A stretch of DNA of 60,452 nucleotides from an uncultured Rickettsiales bacterium (GCA_964472375.1 CAYYLE010000002.1:1-60452); one strand, 5' to 3'; shown: positions 46,709 through 56,524, numbered from the stretch's first letter. The notes: generated from the sequence alone by a model not told the origin. A program made the numbers and translations.

Positions 46709-49516
46709 TTATTTACTTTCATGTAAACGGCTGATTGTATTAAGTCGCTCATTTTTATAACTTTCTTTACTTGTTGGCATTGTGCTAGCATTGTAAAAGT
46801 TTTCAATTAGTTCTTTTACATTTATTTCATCTTCTTTGTCTATTTTTTGTGCTTTTACAAAAATATAGTTTAAGTTGTACTTAGTGTTTTCGTTTATTTT
46901 TGTATTTTCAAATTTATCAAACCCTTTATTTTGTAAAATATGTTGAACTAAAGAAAGTTGAACTCTTTTACGGCTATTTTTAGACCCTGTTTTAAAGTCT
47001 ATTATATTGATTTTATTGTCATCAGAGCTTGTTGTTGCAAGGTCTAGCCTTGCTTTAACAAAAGTATTTTGTTCCTTAAAAGCAAAAGCTCCTTCAATTT
47101 CTGAATACATATTTACGCTTTTGTTCTTTTCAAGAAGGTTGTTTATTTCTTTTGTAGAATTTTTGGCAATATTTCTAATATTATTTTGGTTTTGTAGTAT
47201 AAAAAAAGCATCTTTTTTATGCCAAGCCATGTGTTTGTTTATAGTTTCTTCTAAAATATCTGCTTGCAGTAGACTGTCTTTAGTTAATATATTTGTATTT
47301 TTTATTACTTCTTCCAGGCTTGTATGAACAATATTACCAAAAACTATACTTTTGTTGCTTTCATGCAGTTTGCTTGCTTCTTTTAGGTTTAAAATATGTT
47401 TTACAAAAAATTCAAAAGGGTCGTTGTGCCATGTTTCTAAAAGTGTAACTGAAACATTGTTTTTTAAGTTGTGGTTTATGGTTGGGTAAACAGCGTTGTA
47501 TTTTGTTATTTTTTCGTTTTCCTCTAGTGTTTTTTTGTAAGCTTTGTGCCAATTTTTATCTTGTCCATTAAGGTCAATATGGTTTTGAAGACATTTGTTC
47601 TCAAGAGCTACTAAAAAACGAGAGCTATAACCACTTTTGCTAGATTTAGTAATAAAAACATTGTTGTTGCAAAGGCTTTTTGCAAAATAAAACGCATAAT
47701 TGCCTGTTTTTTCATCTTTAGAGCTTAAATTTAAGCTTTTAATTGTAGCTTTGCCAAGCCAAGGAAGGTTTTCAGTTTTTTTAGGCCACACGCCATCATT
47801 TGCCCCTGCAATTACCATGGTGTCAAAATTAAGCATGTAGCTTTCAAGTGGCGACATAATACTAATGTTTTTGTCAAAACTATGTTGGGTTCTTATGGTA
47901 ACTTTAGATATATCTTTAACAATAAAAGAAACAATATCATATAAAGCAAGACCATCAAAACTTTCTGTTTTATCTTTAAAGTTATCTAATATTTTTTTGA
48001 TTTCAGCACCTTCTTGTTCTTTAAAGATGTTTGCTCTTTCATTTTCATCAAGAGAAGAGTTGATAGCTATGTTGTATAAAATTTCTAGCTGTTTTGCACT
48101 ATTTTCACTTTTGTTTTGTGTTACTTCTTCAAAAAATAGTGATATTTGCTCTATTATTTTATTACAGTTTTCTAAGGTAGTGTTGTCCGTGCTTTTTATA
48201 AAAAAGTTTTGGTTGGCATAGTATTTAATATCCTTAAAAGAATATATAGATAAACTAATATTGCGTAAAATATTTTTATCAATAACTCTGGCAGCTTTTA
48301 GGCTTTCTTGCCTACTCATTCCAAAGCTAGCAAGAGGGTTTTTTATAAAAGCACTAAAGTTTAATGTGTTAAATTTATTAAAAAATAAATTAAAAGCACT
48401 TAAAAAATAAAGTGTATTTTTGCTTTTAGCTAAAGAGACACCAAGTGAGTTGTTGGCAAAAATCCCCCATGCTTTTAATAAGCTGTCAACCCTTGTTAAA
48501 ATACTATTATCATAACTTACAATGCATGATTTTTTACCATCAATAAATGCTTTTTTAAGCACAAGGGCAGCTTTTAGGCTCTCTTCTTCTTTTGTTTTGC
48601 AGTTTAGGTTTTGCATGTTAAAGTTTTTGTAGTCAACATTGTTTTGCTGACCATTAAAACAAGAGTAAGCAATATCTTGATGGCAATTTGTTATATTGTT
48701 ATTTTCAATATTTTTTACATCTTTTAAGCTAAAACCCATGTAGTTTAGCATTTTTGCATAAATATATTGGGGGTTTTGCTCGTTTAAATTGTCTTTTGCG
48801 TTAAAATCAAGACCATAAAAAACAACACTACCATTTTTAAGCCCTGCAATCTCTTTAAGTAAAAGACAAAGGTTTTTACTTAAAGACCTTAAGCCAATTG
48901 CAATAAAGCTTTGTTCTGGTTTATGTTTTTTTATTAACTCAAGTTGTATTTTTAATGCTTGCTCTTGTAAATAAACACGGCTTACTTGTTTAATATTATC
49001 TATTTCTAGATAGTTAGGTAGTATTTTATAGACGATTTTTAAAAACTCTAAGTTTTGTCTAAAATGTTCAGAGTTTTCAAATTCTGTAATATTTTCAAGT
49101 TCTGCAAAGTCAACATTGTTTAAAGCGGCGTCATCTATTATATCTTCAAGACTTTGTGTTATTTTAATAATAGATGCAGGGCTTGATTTTTTATATTTTG
49201 CTTTTAGTAGCTTATAAAGAGCTATTTGTTTTTCCAGGTTGCTATATTTTGGTTTTATCTTTACAAGACTTCGGTAAAAGCTAGCATCTTTTACAAGTGG
49301 TTGTTTTGAAAGGTCTTCAATAGTTAGTATATTAGGTAAAAAACCAATACCTTGCTTTGTGCTGCTTGCAAGTGCTTCTTTTATAAAATATCCAAATCTT
49401 CTAGTAGGAACTATTAAAGTTGTACTTATAATATCTGTTTGATTTTTACTTTGTAGCTCTTTAACCACATAGTTTACTGCATCTTGGTTAAGGCTTATAT
49501 TTTTTATATTGTGCAT
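46709..49516 (-). CDS. addB: Double-strand break repair protein AddB (alphaproteobacterial type)
   Basis: The 935-aa protein has an N-terminal LIVPTRRFGYFIKEAL, typical of alpha-type AddB. A C-terminal PD-(D/E)XK nuclease motif is also present (INIIDFKTGS ... QLSLVQ). Its ATG directly abuts the tsaE stop codon. Confidence 0.75.
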   Translation of the reverse strand: MHNIKNISLNQDAVNYVVKELQSKNQTDIISTTLIVPTRRFGYFIKEALASSTKQGIGFLPNILTIEDLSKQPLVKDASFYRSLVKIKPKYSNLEKQIALYKLLKAKYKKSSPASIIKITQSLEDIIDDAALNNVDFAELENITEFENSEHFRQNLEFLKIVYKILPNYLEIDNIKQVSRVYLQEQALKIQLELIKKHKPEQSFIAIGLRSLSKNLCLLLKEIAGLKNGSVVFYGLDFNAKDNLNEQNPQYIYAKMLNYMGFSLKDVKNIENNNITNCHQDIAYSCFNGQQNNVDYKNFNMQNLNCKTKEEESLKAALVLKKAFIDGKKSCIVSYDNSILTRVDSLLKAWGIFANNSLGVSLAKSKNTLYFLSAFNLFFNKFNTLNFSAFIKNPLASFGMSRQESLKAARVIDKNILRNISLSIYSFKDIKYYANQNFFIKSTDNTTLENCNKIIEQISLFFEEVTQNKSENSAKQLEILYNIAINSSLDENERANIFKEQEGAEIKKILDNFKDKTESFDGLALYDIVSFIVKDISKVTIRTQHSFDKNISIMSPLESYMLNFDTMVIAGANDGVWPKKTENLPWLGKATIKSLNLSSKDEKTGNYAFYFAKSLCNNNVFITKSSKSGYSSRFLVALENKCLQNHIDLNGQDKNWHKAYKKTLEENEKITKYNAVYPTINHNLKNNVSVTLLETWHNDPFEFFVKHILNLKEASKLHESNKSIVFGNIVHTSLEEVIKNTNILTKDSLLQADILEETINKHMAWHKKDAFFILQNQNNIRNIAKNSTKEINNLLEKNKSVNMYSEIEGAFAFKEQNTFVKARLDLATTSSDDNKINIIDFKTGSKNSRKRVQLSLVQHILQNKGFDKFENTKINENTKYNLNYIFVKAQKIDKEDEINVKELIENFYNASTMPTSKESYKNERLNTISRLHESK

Positions 49517-49945
49517 TTATGCTCTTATTGTAAGGTCTCTTAGGTTATTATCTTTTTCATTAATTTTTATAAAAATATCAATGGTTTCATCAGGTTTAAA
49601 GTCTTCTAGGTATTCGGCCCATTCTACAATAATTATGCTGTCTTGCTGGTGCTCAAGTATTGCAAGGTCTAGTATTTCACTTTGTTTTTTAATCAAGTAA
49701 AGGTCTACATGTAGTATATTTATATTTTTTGCTTGGTAGCTTGCAACTATGTTGTAGCTTGGGCTTGTAATATTATCAATAGTGCTATCTATTGCTTTAA
49801 TAAAATGTTTGCAAAAAAAGGTTTTACCTGCCCCAAGGTTGCCATAAAGGCATATAAATTTTGGTTTATTGATTGTTTTTGCCAAATTTTGAGCAATTTT
49901 AGCAACTTGTATTTCGTTTAAAGATTTATGTTTAGTGCTTTGCAT
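49517..49945 (-). CDS. tsaE: tRNA threonylcarbamoyladenosine biosynthesis protein TsaE
   Basis: The 142-aa protein has the P-loop LYGNLGAGKTFFCKHF, SPSYNIV and the HVDLY motif. Confidence 0.85.
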   Translation of the reverse strand: MQSTKHKSLNEIQVAKIAQNLAKTINKPKFICLYGNLGAGKTFFCKHFIKAIDSTIDNITSPSYNIVASYQAKNINILHVDLYLIKKQSEILDLAILEHQQDSIIIVEWAEYLEDFKPDETIDIFIKINEKDNNLRDLTIRA

Positions 49946-50006
49946 GTTTTGTTGTTTAGTTTGTGTTATACTCTTATAAACAAATTATACATTATAGGAG
50001 CGTTTT

Positions 50007-51017
50007 ATGACAACGACATATAATACAGACATAGTAATTATAGGCTCGGGACCTGTTGGAATTTTTTCTGTTTTTCAAGCTGGCTTGCTTGGCATGAGGT
50101 CAGTGGTTGTAGACAGTTTAGATGAAATAGGTGGTCAACTTAATGCACTTTACCCTGAAAAATATATTTATGATATACCGGCACACCCGCAAATATATGC
50201 TAAAGATGTAGTAGAAAACCTAAAAGAGCAAGCAAGTAAATACAACCCTGTTTATTTACTTTCTCAAACCACCAATGGTTTAGAGAAAAATGGCGATACT
50301 TTTACAGTTACAACATCAAAAGGTAACACAATACATGCAAAAGCAGTTATTATAGCAGCAGGAGCGGGGGCTTTTGGTCCTAATATTCCTAATGTTGAAG
50401 GTATTGAAGATTTTGAAAAAACATCTGTTCATTACTTTATAAAAGATAAAAGTATTTTTGCAGGTAAAGATATTGCAATTGCAGGTGGTGGTGATAGTGC
50501 TGTTGATTGGGCTTTAACACTTGCAGAAACAGCAAACAAAATTTACTTTATTCATAGAAGAAACAAGTTTAGAGCAGCAAACGATACAGTAAGCCAGCTT
50601 GTAAAACTAGCTGAAACAACTGATAAAATTGAAATGGTTATTCCTTACACTATGACAAAAATAAATGGTGAAAATGGAAAAATATCTTCAATAGACCTTG
50701 CAAAAGTAGGTGAAGGTGAAAAAAACATTAAATGTGACCATTTATTAGCATTTTTTGGATTAACAAGGTCTTTAGGAACTTTAAAAAGCTGGGGGTTTGA
50801 TGTTGACGAAAACCTTTCTTTAATTAATGTTAAAAACACAATTTGTGAAACAAATATTAAAGGTATTTACGCAGTTGGAGATGTTGCAAACTATGAGCAT
50901 AAAATCAAATTGATTTTAACAGGGTTTGCTGAAGCATCGCAGGCTCTTCATCATGCTTGGCAATATGTGTTTCCTGATAAAGTATTCCACTTTGTGCATT
51001 CTACATCAAAAGTTTAA
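50007..51017 (+). CDS. Ferredoxin--NADP(+) reductase, thioredoxin-reductase-like type
   Basis: The TrxR fold is present (IIGSGPVG, GGGDSAVDWAL, GDVA), but there is no CxxC redox pair. The protein has only two isolated Cys residues. That pattern matches YumC/plant-independent FNRs. Confidence 0.8.
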   Translation: MTTTYNTDIVIIGSGPVGIFSVFQAGLLGMRSVVVDSLDEIGGQLNALYPEKYIYDIPAHPQIYAKDVVENLKEQASKYNPVYLLSQTTNGLEKNGDTFTVTTSKGNTIHAKAVIIAAGAGAFGPNIPNVEGIEDFEKTSVHYFIKDKSIFAGKDIAIAGGGDSAVDWALTLAETANKIYFIHRRNKFRAANDTVSQLVKLAETTDKIEMVIPYTMTKINGENGKISSIDLAKVGEGEKNIKCDHLLAFFGLTRSLGTLKSWGFDVDENLSLINVKNTICETNIKGIYAVGDVANYEHKIKLILTGFAEASQALHHAWQYVFPDKVFHFVHSTSKV

Positions 51018-51033
51018 TACTTTTTGAAAGCTT

Positions 51034-51058
51034 AAAAGGGGTTTTTGGCTCCTTTTTT
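51034..51058. terminator. Weak bidirectional hairpin between the FNR gene and the convergent pseudokinase gene
   Basis: AAAAGGGG-TTTTTGG-CTCCTTTT forms an 8-bp stem that includes one G-U pair, with an A-tract on one side and a T-tract on the other. Confidence 0.35.
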
Positions 51059-51067
51059 ATATTTTAG

Positions 51068-52435
51068 CTACTTAGTTAGTTTTATACAGTTTAAGTTTTG
51101 TTCTTGGATTTGGTTTATTTTGATATTTAAAGCATCAAGTATATTAAATACAAGTAGTGTTTTAATGTCTCTTGCAGCGGTGTTTTTTGTAAACAAAACC
51201 GATTGACAATTGTGATGCAAGCTAAAAAAACAACCTTCATTGCTTTTTATTTTTAAAATACCTTTATAGGGCAGGTTTTCAATAATCTCTGTGCACATTA
51301 GGTTGATCAACTTAGTAAGTTGATTTTTGTCGCTTTTTATAGATAAATGGTCTTCAATTTCAAGCTCTAGACTAATTTGCTTTTGTTCTATTGTTTGCTT
51401 TAGGTTAATAATAGTTGTTGCTATAATGTCACCTACTATTACATCATCAAGACTATGTGATTTTTGTGAAATATTTATATTTTCTACATGATAGTAAAGC
51501 TGGTTTGCTATATCTTCTATATTTTCATGCACTTTATTTAAAAAAGAGCTTTGCCTTTTATTTAAGCTACCTGCATATTCTTTAGTTACAAGCTCAAGGT
51601 AGTTTTTTGCATTAGTAAGAGGGTTGTTTATATATGTGTTTAGTTTTAGGTAAATATTTTTATAGTTTTGTTGCAAGCTTTCTTTTATAAAGTCTATATT
51701 TTCTAAAACATCTAACTCTTTTTGCTCTAAAGATATAAAAAGTAGAGATTTTGAAGAAAGCATAGGTATAACTTTAATATAAATACTTTCACCATCTTCA
51801 TTTTTTAAAACATTGCTATATTCTTGTTGGTTGAAAATGCTTTCTATTATTTTTTTAAGGTCATCTTCATTTTGCACATAGTCTTTTAGTTCTTCAAAAA
51901 TCTTTCTTATGTGCATGCCCTCTTGGCAAAACACACCTAAAGATTGGTTAAAGTAGTTGCTTTGCTCAATCACTTTGCCATTGCTTTCAATAAAAAGTAA
52001 AGGGATAGGAATATGCTTAATAATTTGGCTAATATTGCTATTTACAATGCTTGCTTCTTTGTGAAGGTTGTTAACAACAGTGTTATCTTTCCATGTAAAA
52101 AGCACGCCATCTTGCAAAGATATTATTTTTTCACTTACAACTTTATTAGGGTTGCAAAGTATTGTTCGGCTAATATTAAGGTTTTTTTGTAATATTGTGC
52201 TTGCAATATTTTTAATAAAATCAGATGGTGATTCTGTAATTATTAAAGAGCCATTTTCTATTATTATGCTAAAAAAATCAGCAATAGAAGGACTTTCTTC
52301 TTCTGTTATGTTTTCGTGCAAACGCCAAAGGTCTAAACACACTTTGTTGTAGTGTTTTAGGTCTCCATTTTGGTCAAAAAAAGCAAAAGCTTGCTCTAGG
52401 TTGCTTACTATTTCATAAATGGTGTTTGTTTTCAT
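51068..52435 (-). CDS. PAS-containing degenerate (pseudo) histidine kinase, DivL-like
   Basis: The 455-aa protein has no TM segment. It contains two PAS-like modules, including AFAFFDQNGDLKHYNKVCLDLWRL. The DHp-like H-box reads LNTYINNPLTNAKNYLEL and has no His. The CA-like domain lacks the N-box Asn and the G1/G2 glycines. Confidence 0.55.
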   Translation of the reverse strand: MKTNTIYEIVSNLEQAFAFFDQNGDLKHYNKVCLDLWRLHENITEEESPSIADFFSIIIENGSLIITESPSDFIKNIASTILQKNLNISRTILCNPNKVVSEKIISLQDGVLFTWKDNTVVNNLHKEASIVNSNISQIIKHIPIPLLFIESNGKVIEQSNYFNQSLGVFCQEGMHIRKIFEELKDYVQNEDDLKKIIESIFNQQEYSNVLKNEDGESIYIKVIPMLSSKSLLFISLEQKELDVLENIDFIKESLQQNYKNIYLKLNTYINNPLTNAKNYLELVTKEYAGSLNKRQSSFLNKVHENIEDIANQLYYHVENINISQKSHSLDDVIVGDIIATTIINLKQTIEQKQISLELEIEDHLSIKSDKNQLTKLINLMCTEIIENLPYKGILKIKSNEGCFFSLHHNCQSVLFTKNTAARDIKTLLVFNILDALNIKINQIQEQNLNCIKLTK

Positions 52436-52440
52436 ATTTA

Positions 52441-52974
52441 TTAAAAAACCATTAGGGTGTTTTGTAGGTCATTAAGTATTTTTTCAAGTGTTTTTGCATC
52501 ATTGTTTATAACAAACTCTATATTAGAGTACAAAAACCCCCTTTGCATGAGTTTATTGAAATCTTTACTTGCTTGTTCCTTGTTTTTGTTCCAAGGGCCT
52601 AGTTTTTTGCTAGCACAAAGTTTAATAATTGCCATTTTTTCAAGGTCTTGCTCACTTTGCCCATCAAGAAGCTCTTTAAAAGCACGCTCTATCGTTTCTT
52701 TATTTACATGTTTTTCATAAAGATAGTTTTTAATATATCTTAATGATTTACCTGCTCTTGTTCTCCCTGCTATTTTAAAGGTAGCATAGGTTAAATCATT
52801 AATATATCCTTTAGTTTCAAACCTATCTAGTACTTTATCTATATTATTTTCAATTTCTTGGTTGTTTTTAGCATCTTCTATTTTTTGTAGTAGATACAGT
52901 TTTATGCCATGTTTTGTTTTATTGTACCTGGATATATATTTTAAGGTTATTTTTTCTATTTCTTCAATGTGCAT
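52441..52974 (-). CDS. recX: Regulatory protein RecX
   Basis: The 177-aa protein shows the helical-repeat pattern typical of RecX (LKYISRYNKTKHGIKLYLLQK, VLDRFETKGYINDLTYA). Confidence 0.7.
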   Translation of the reverse strand: MHIEEIEKITLKYISRYNKTKHGIKLYLLQKIEDAKNNQEIENNIDKVLDRFETKGYINDLTYATFKIAGRTRAGKSLRYIKNYLYEKHVNKETIERAFKELLDGQSEQDLEKMAIIKLCASKKLGPWNKNKEQASKDFNKLMQRGFLYSNIEFVINNDAKTLEKILNDLQNTLMVF

Positions 52975-53068
52975 ACTAATATTTATAGTATTTGTTTTTT
53001 CATCTAATTAAGATAATATAATGTTTATAATTATTTTTGTTAAAAAAACTCTAAAAAGGTATTAAAAA

Positions 53069-53854
53069 TTGAAAAGTAGTTTTACTGTATTTTTTGCTCT
53101 TTATAAAAAAGAGGTTCAAAGATTTATGAATGTTTTTGGACAAACTGTTTTACAACCAGTGATAAATATAGCACTATTTTTAGCTATATTTGTTTTTGCA
53201 TTAGGTGGCAAGGAAGGTTCTGCTAGTGTTGCAAGTGGTTCATACAGCGGGGCTTACATTAGCTTTTTGTTACCTGGTCTTATTATGATGTCGGTAATAC
53301 AGAACTCTTTTGCAAATTCATCTAGTTCTATTCTTATATCTAAAATGCATGGTATTATTATAGATATTGTAATGGCACCAATAACAACAATACAGTTTTT
53401 ACTAGCCTACTCTTTAGCTGGGGTTACAAGGTCGTTGTTTATATTATCAGTTGTTGTTTTGCCTATTTTGGTTTTAACGGATATAAAAATTTACAGCATA
53501 GCTTTTACAGTGTTGTTTTTACTTTTAGGGGGTTTTTTACTTTCTGTGCTGGGTGTAATAGCAGCGGTAAGAGCGCAAAGGTTTGACCATATTGCAACTT
53601 TTACAAATCTTTTTATAGTGCCTTTTTCTTTTCTTTCGGGAACATTTTATTCATTTCAAAACTTTCCTGAAAAATACCAGTTTTTGATTCTGTATAATCC
53701 ATTTTTTCACTTAATTAGTGGAATGAGATACGCTTTTACAGGGTATTCAGAAGTTGGAATTACAACAAATATTACTTTTTCATTAGTTTGTAATATTGTT
53801 TTATTTGCAATAGCTTATGTGCTTATAAGAAAGGGATATGGAATTAAAAGCTAG
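53069..53854 (+). CDS. ABC-2 type transporter permease
   Basis: The 261-aa protein has six predicted TM helices and YadH-like ABC-2 family features. The ORF track gives a TTG start. No ATPase gene is adjacent. Confidence 0.8.
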   Translation: MKSSFTVFFALYKKEVQRFMNVFGQTVLQPVINIALFLAIFVFALGGKEGSASVASGSYSGAYISFLLPGLIMMSVIQNSFANSSSSILISKMHGIIIDIVMAPITTIQFLLAYSLAGVTRSLFILSVVVLPILVLTDIKIYSIAFTVLFLLLGGFLLSVLGVIAAVRAQRFDHIATFTNLFIVPFSFLSGTFYSFQNFPEKYQFLILYNPFFHLISGMRYAFTGYSEVGITTNITFSLVCNIVLFAIAYVLIRKGYGIKS

Positions 53855-53859
53855 AAAGT

Positions 53860-54507
53860 TTATTTTGTTGTTTTGTTCGCAAAGTTGCAGTTTTCAGATA
53901 CAGGGCAAGTAAAGCAAAGTGGTTTTTGTGCTTTGCAAATGTATCTGCCTTGCAAAATCAACCAGTGATGTGCATTTAAAAGATATTTTTCAGGCACTCT
54001 TTTCATTAGTGCTGCTTCTGTTTTTTCAACAGTTTTTTCATTTACCATACCTGTTCTGTTAGCTACCCTAAATACATGGGTATCAACAGCTATGGTTTTT
54101 TGCTTAAATGCTGTATTTAGTACAACATTGGCTGTTTTAACGCCAACACCAGGCAAAGATACAAGGTCTGTTTTGTTGTCAGGAACAATAGAGTTAAAGC
54201 AATCAATAAGTAGTTGCGATAGTTTTATAACATTTTTTGCTTTAGCTTTGTAAAGACCAATAGATTTAATATGCTTTGTTAGTTCTTCTTCACCTAAGGC
54301 AATCATTTGGTTTGGTGTTTTAACTACTTTAAAAAGCTCTTTGGTGGCTTTATTTACTTGTATATCAGTTGCTTGTGCAGAAAGAATAACGGCAACAAGA
54401 AGGGTGTAATTGTTGCTGTAATTAAGCTCTGGTTGAGGGTTTTTGTTTAAGCTTTCAAGGCAAGCAAAAAAACCTTCAACTTGTTTATTAAGCAGTCGCT
54501 TTGTCAT
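53860..54507 (-). CDS. nth: Endonuclease III
   Basis: The sequence shows LLVAVILSAQATD, the HhH-GPD motif LPGVGVKTANVVL, and a C-terminal 4Fe-4S cluster loop of the form C-X6-C-X2-C-X5-C (CKAQKPLCFTCPVSENC). Confidence 0.95.
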   Translation of the reverse strand: MTKRLLNKQVEGFFACLESLNKNPQPELNYSNNYTLLVAVILSAQATDIQVNKATKELFKVVKTPNQMIALGEEELTKHIKSIGLYKAKAKNVIKLSQLLIDCFNSIVPDNKTDLVSLPGVGVKTANVVLNTAFKQKTIAVDTHVFRVANRTGMVNEKTVEKTEAALMKRVPEKYLLNAHHWLILQGRYICKAQKPLCFTCPVSENCNFANKTTK

Positions 54508-55276
54508 TTAGTACATCTTGCATTGTGTAAAGTTTTCCTGCTTTTTGTTTAAAAAGCCACTTAGCAGCATTAATAGCACCAGAAGAAAAAATACTTCTGT
54601 TAAATGCAGTGTGTTTTATTTCTATCATTTCATCAGATGATATGAACTGAATAGAGTGTTCGCCAAAAACTCCACCGCCTCTAATAGAAGAGAAACCTAT
54701 TTTCCCCATTGGGCGTTCACCAACAATACCATGACGGCTGTATATTCCATTGTTTTTAATACTATGACCACGAGCCTTAGATGCAATATCACCAAGTGCA
54801 ATAGCAGTACCAGAAGGACAATCTATCTTGTTTTTATGGTGACTTTCAATGATTTCAATATCATAGTTTTCAGCAGTTAAAGATTTTGCAGTTTTTTCAA
54901 CAAGGCTGTTTACCATATTTATGCCCAAGCTAGCATTGTAAGATCTTAAAATAGGGAAGATTTCGCTATATTTTACAAGGGCTTGTTCTTGTTCATCGGT
55001 AAACCCAGTTGAGCAAACAACAATAGGAACTTTTTTTTCAGTATTTTGTTGAAAAAAGTTTACAGCAGATGCAGGTTTAGAAAAATCTATTACAACATCA
55101 GAGTTTTCAATTAGCTCTTGAATGCTTCCAAATGCTCTAAATTCTTTTTCTTCTTCAGGGTTTGTAGTAATATCATACCCACCTGCAAGTATGCCTAGGT
55201 TGCTTTCGTTTAGAGCTTTTACAAGCTCTTTTCCCATACGACCATAACAGCCAAGAATGCCTATTTTAGGTTCCAT
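54488..55276 (-). CDS. dapB: 4-hydroxy-tetrahydrodipicolinate reductase
   Basis: The sequence contains GILGCYGRMG and the DapB signature ESHHKNKIDCPSGTA. The gene overlaps dnaJ by 16 nt and nth by 20 nt. Confidence 0.93.
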   Translation of the reverse strand: MEPKIGILGCYGRMGKELVKALNESNLGILAGGYDITTNPEEEKEFRAFGSIQELIENSDVVIDFSKPASAVNFFQQNTEKKVPIVVCSTGFTDEQEQALVKYSEIFPILRSYNASLGINMVNSLVEKTAKSLTAENYDIEIIESHHKNKIDCPSGTAIALGDIASKARGHSIKNNGIYSRHGIVGERPMGKIGFSSIRGGGVFGEHSIQFISSDEMIEIKHTAFNRSIFSSGAINAAKWLFKQKAGKLYTMQDVLNDKATA

Positions 55277-56433
55277 GCTAGGTCCTTTTGTTTGTTAAAA
55301 AAATTAAAAAACCTAGGTTTTTTAGTATTATTTAAGTCTCTTTTGATTCCTGCACTACCTTTAGTGTTATAAAAATCTTTTAAAATCTGTTTTTGTTTTC
55401 CTGTAAGATTTTTAGGAGTTTCTACAATGACTTTTACATACATATCAGCCCTTTTACGAGAGTTTACACCCAAAAGCATGCCTTTTTCTTTTATTCTAAA
55501 GCTTTGCCCACTTTGAGTTCCAGCTGGTATGCTAAGGTCTATTGATGTTCCATCAATAGTAGGTATAGATTTAACAGTACCAAGGGCAGCATCAACCATA
55601 TTAATAGTTATTTTTTTATATAAAGATTTATCTTTAAGGTCAAAATCTTTGTGTTTTTGAATAAATATTACAATATAAAGGTCGCCAGCTTCACCACCTC
55701 TAGGAGAGGCTTCACCTTTGCCGCTCAATCTAATTTTCATTCCTGTATCAACCCCTTTAGGGATAGAAACATTAAGTGCTTTTGTAGAGTGGGAAGTACC
55801 TGAACCATTACATGTCTTACAAGGAGATTTAAAGCTATAGCCATAACCAGAGCATTTGTTGCACACAGATTCACTAACAAAAAAACCTCTGCGGTTGGTT
55901 GTTCTTCCTGTTCCACTGCAAGTTTTGCAATTTTCTACACTGCTTGGGCTATTGCTACCTTTACCATTACAGCTTTCGCATTGTCCTAACGCACTTACAG
56001 TTATTTTCTTTTCTATACCTTTTAAGGCATCTTCTAAACTTATGTGAAGGTCGTACCTTAAGTCAGCACCTCTTCTTTTTGCTCTTCTTCCTGAAGATGC
56101 ACCAGAGCGAGATGAAGAAAAATTACCAAACATTTCTTCAAAAAGGTCAGATATATCACCAAATCCAAAACCTTGTCCGTGTTGAGCTGAACCTGCAGAG
56201 CCAAAAGGAGAACCACCATTTTCAGTGCCAAATCTATCATAATTAGCACGCTTTTGCGGGTCTTTTAGTGTATCATAAGCCCTATTTATTTCTTTAAACT
56301 TAACTTCCGCATCTTTGCTGTTTTTGTTTAAATCTGGGTGGTATTTCATAGCAAGTTTTTTGTAAGAGCTTTTAATCTCATCATCACTTGCAGTTTTTGC
56401 AACACCTAGCGTTTTGTAAAAATCTTCTGCCAT
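55261..56433 (-). CDS. dnaJ: Molecular chaperone DnaJ
   Basis: The J-domain (DFYKTLGV...YHPD) is followed by a G/F region and four CxxCxGxG zinc repeats (CESCNGKG, CKTCSGTG, CNKCSGYG, CKTCNGSG). Confidence 0.97.
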   Translation of the reverse strand: MAEDFYKTLGVAKTASDDEIKSSYKKLAMKYHPDLNKNSKDAEVKFKEINRAYDTLKDPQKRANYDRFGTENGGSPFGSAGSAQHGQGFGFGDISDLFEEMFGNFSSSRSGASSGRRAKRRGADLRYDLHISLEDALKGIEKKITVSALGQCESCNGKGSNSPSSVENCKTCSGTGRTTNRRGFFVSESVCNKCSGYGYSFKSPCKTCNGSGTSHSTKALNVSIPKGVDTGMKIRLSGKGEASPRGGEAGDLYIVIFIQKHKDFDLKDKSLYKKITINMVDAALGTVKSIPTIDGTSIDLSIPAGTQSGQSFRIKEKGMLLGVNSRKRADMYVKVIVETPKNLTGKQKQILKDFYNTKGSAGIKRDLNNTKKPRFFNFFNKQKDLAWNLK

Positions 56434-56460
56434 TTATAAGACCTTTTTGTTTTAATGCAT

Positions 56461-56492
56461 AAAAAGCAAGAAGATAAAATATATCTTCTTGC
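56461..56492 (-). terminator. Perfect 11-bp hairpin in the dnaK-dnaJ spacer (terminator or attenuator candidate)
   Basis: GCAAGAAGATA-AAATA-TATCTTCTTGC spans 56466-56492. On the transcribed minus strand the hairpin is followed by TTTTT (the complement of 56461-56465). Confidence 0.5.
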
Positions 56493-56524
56493 CCTAGTTT
56501 TTTATTAAAAAAGATTAAAAAATA

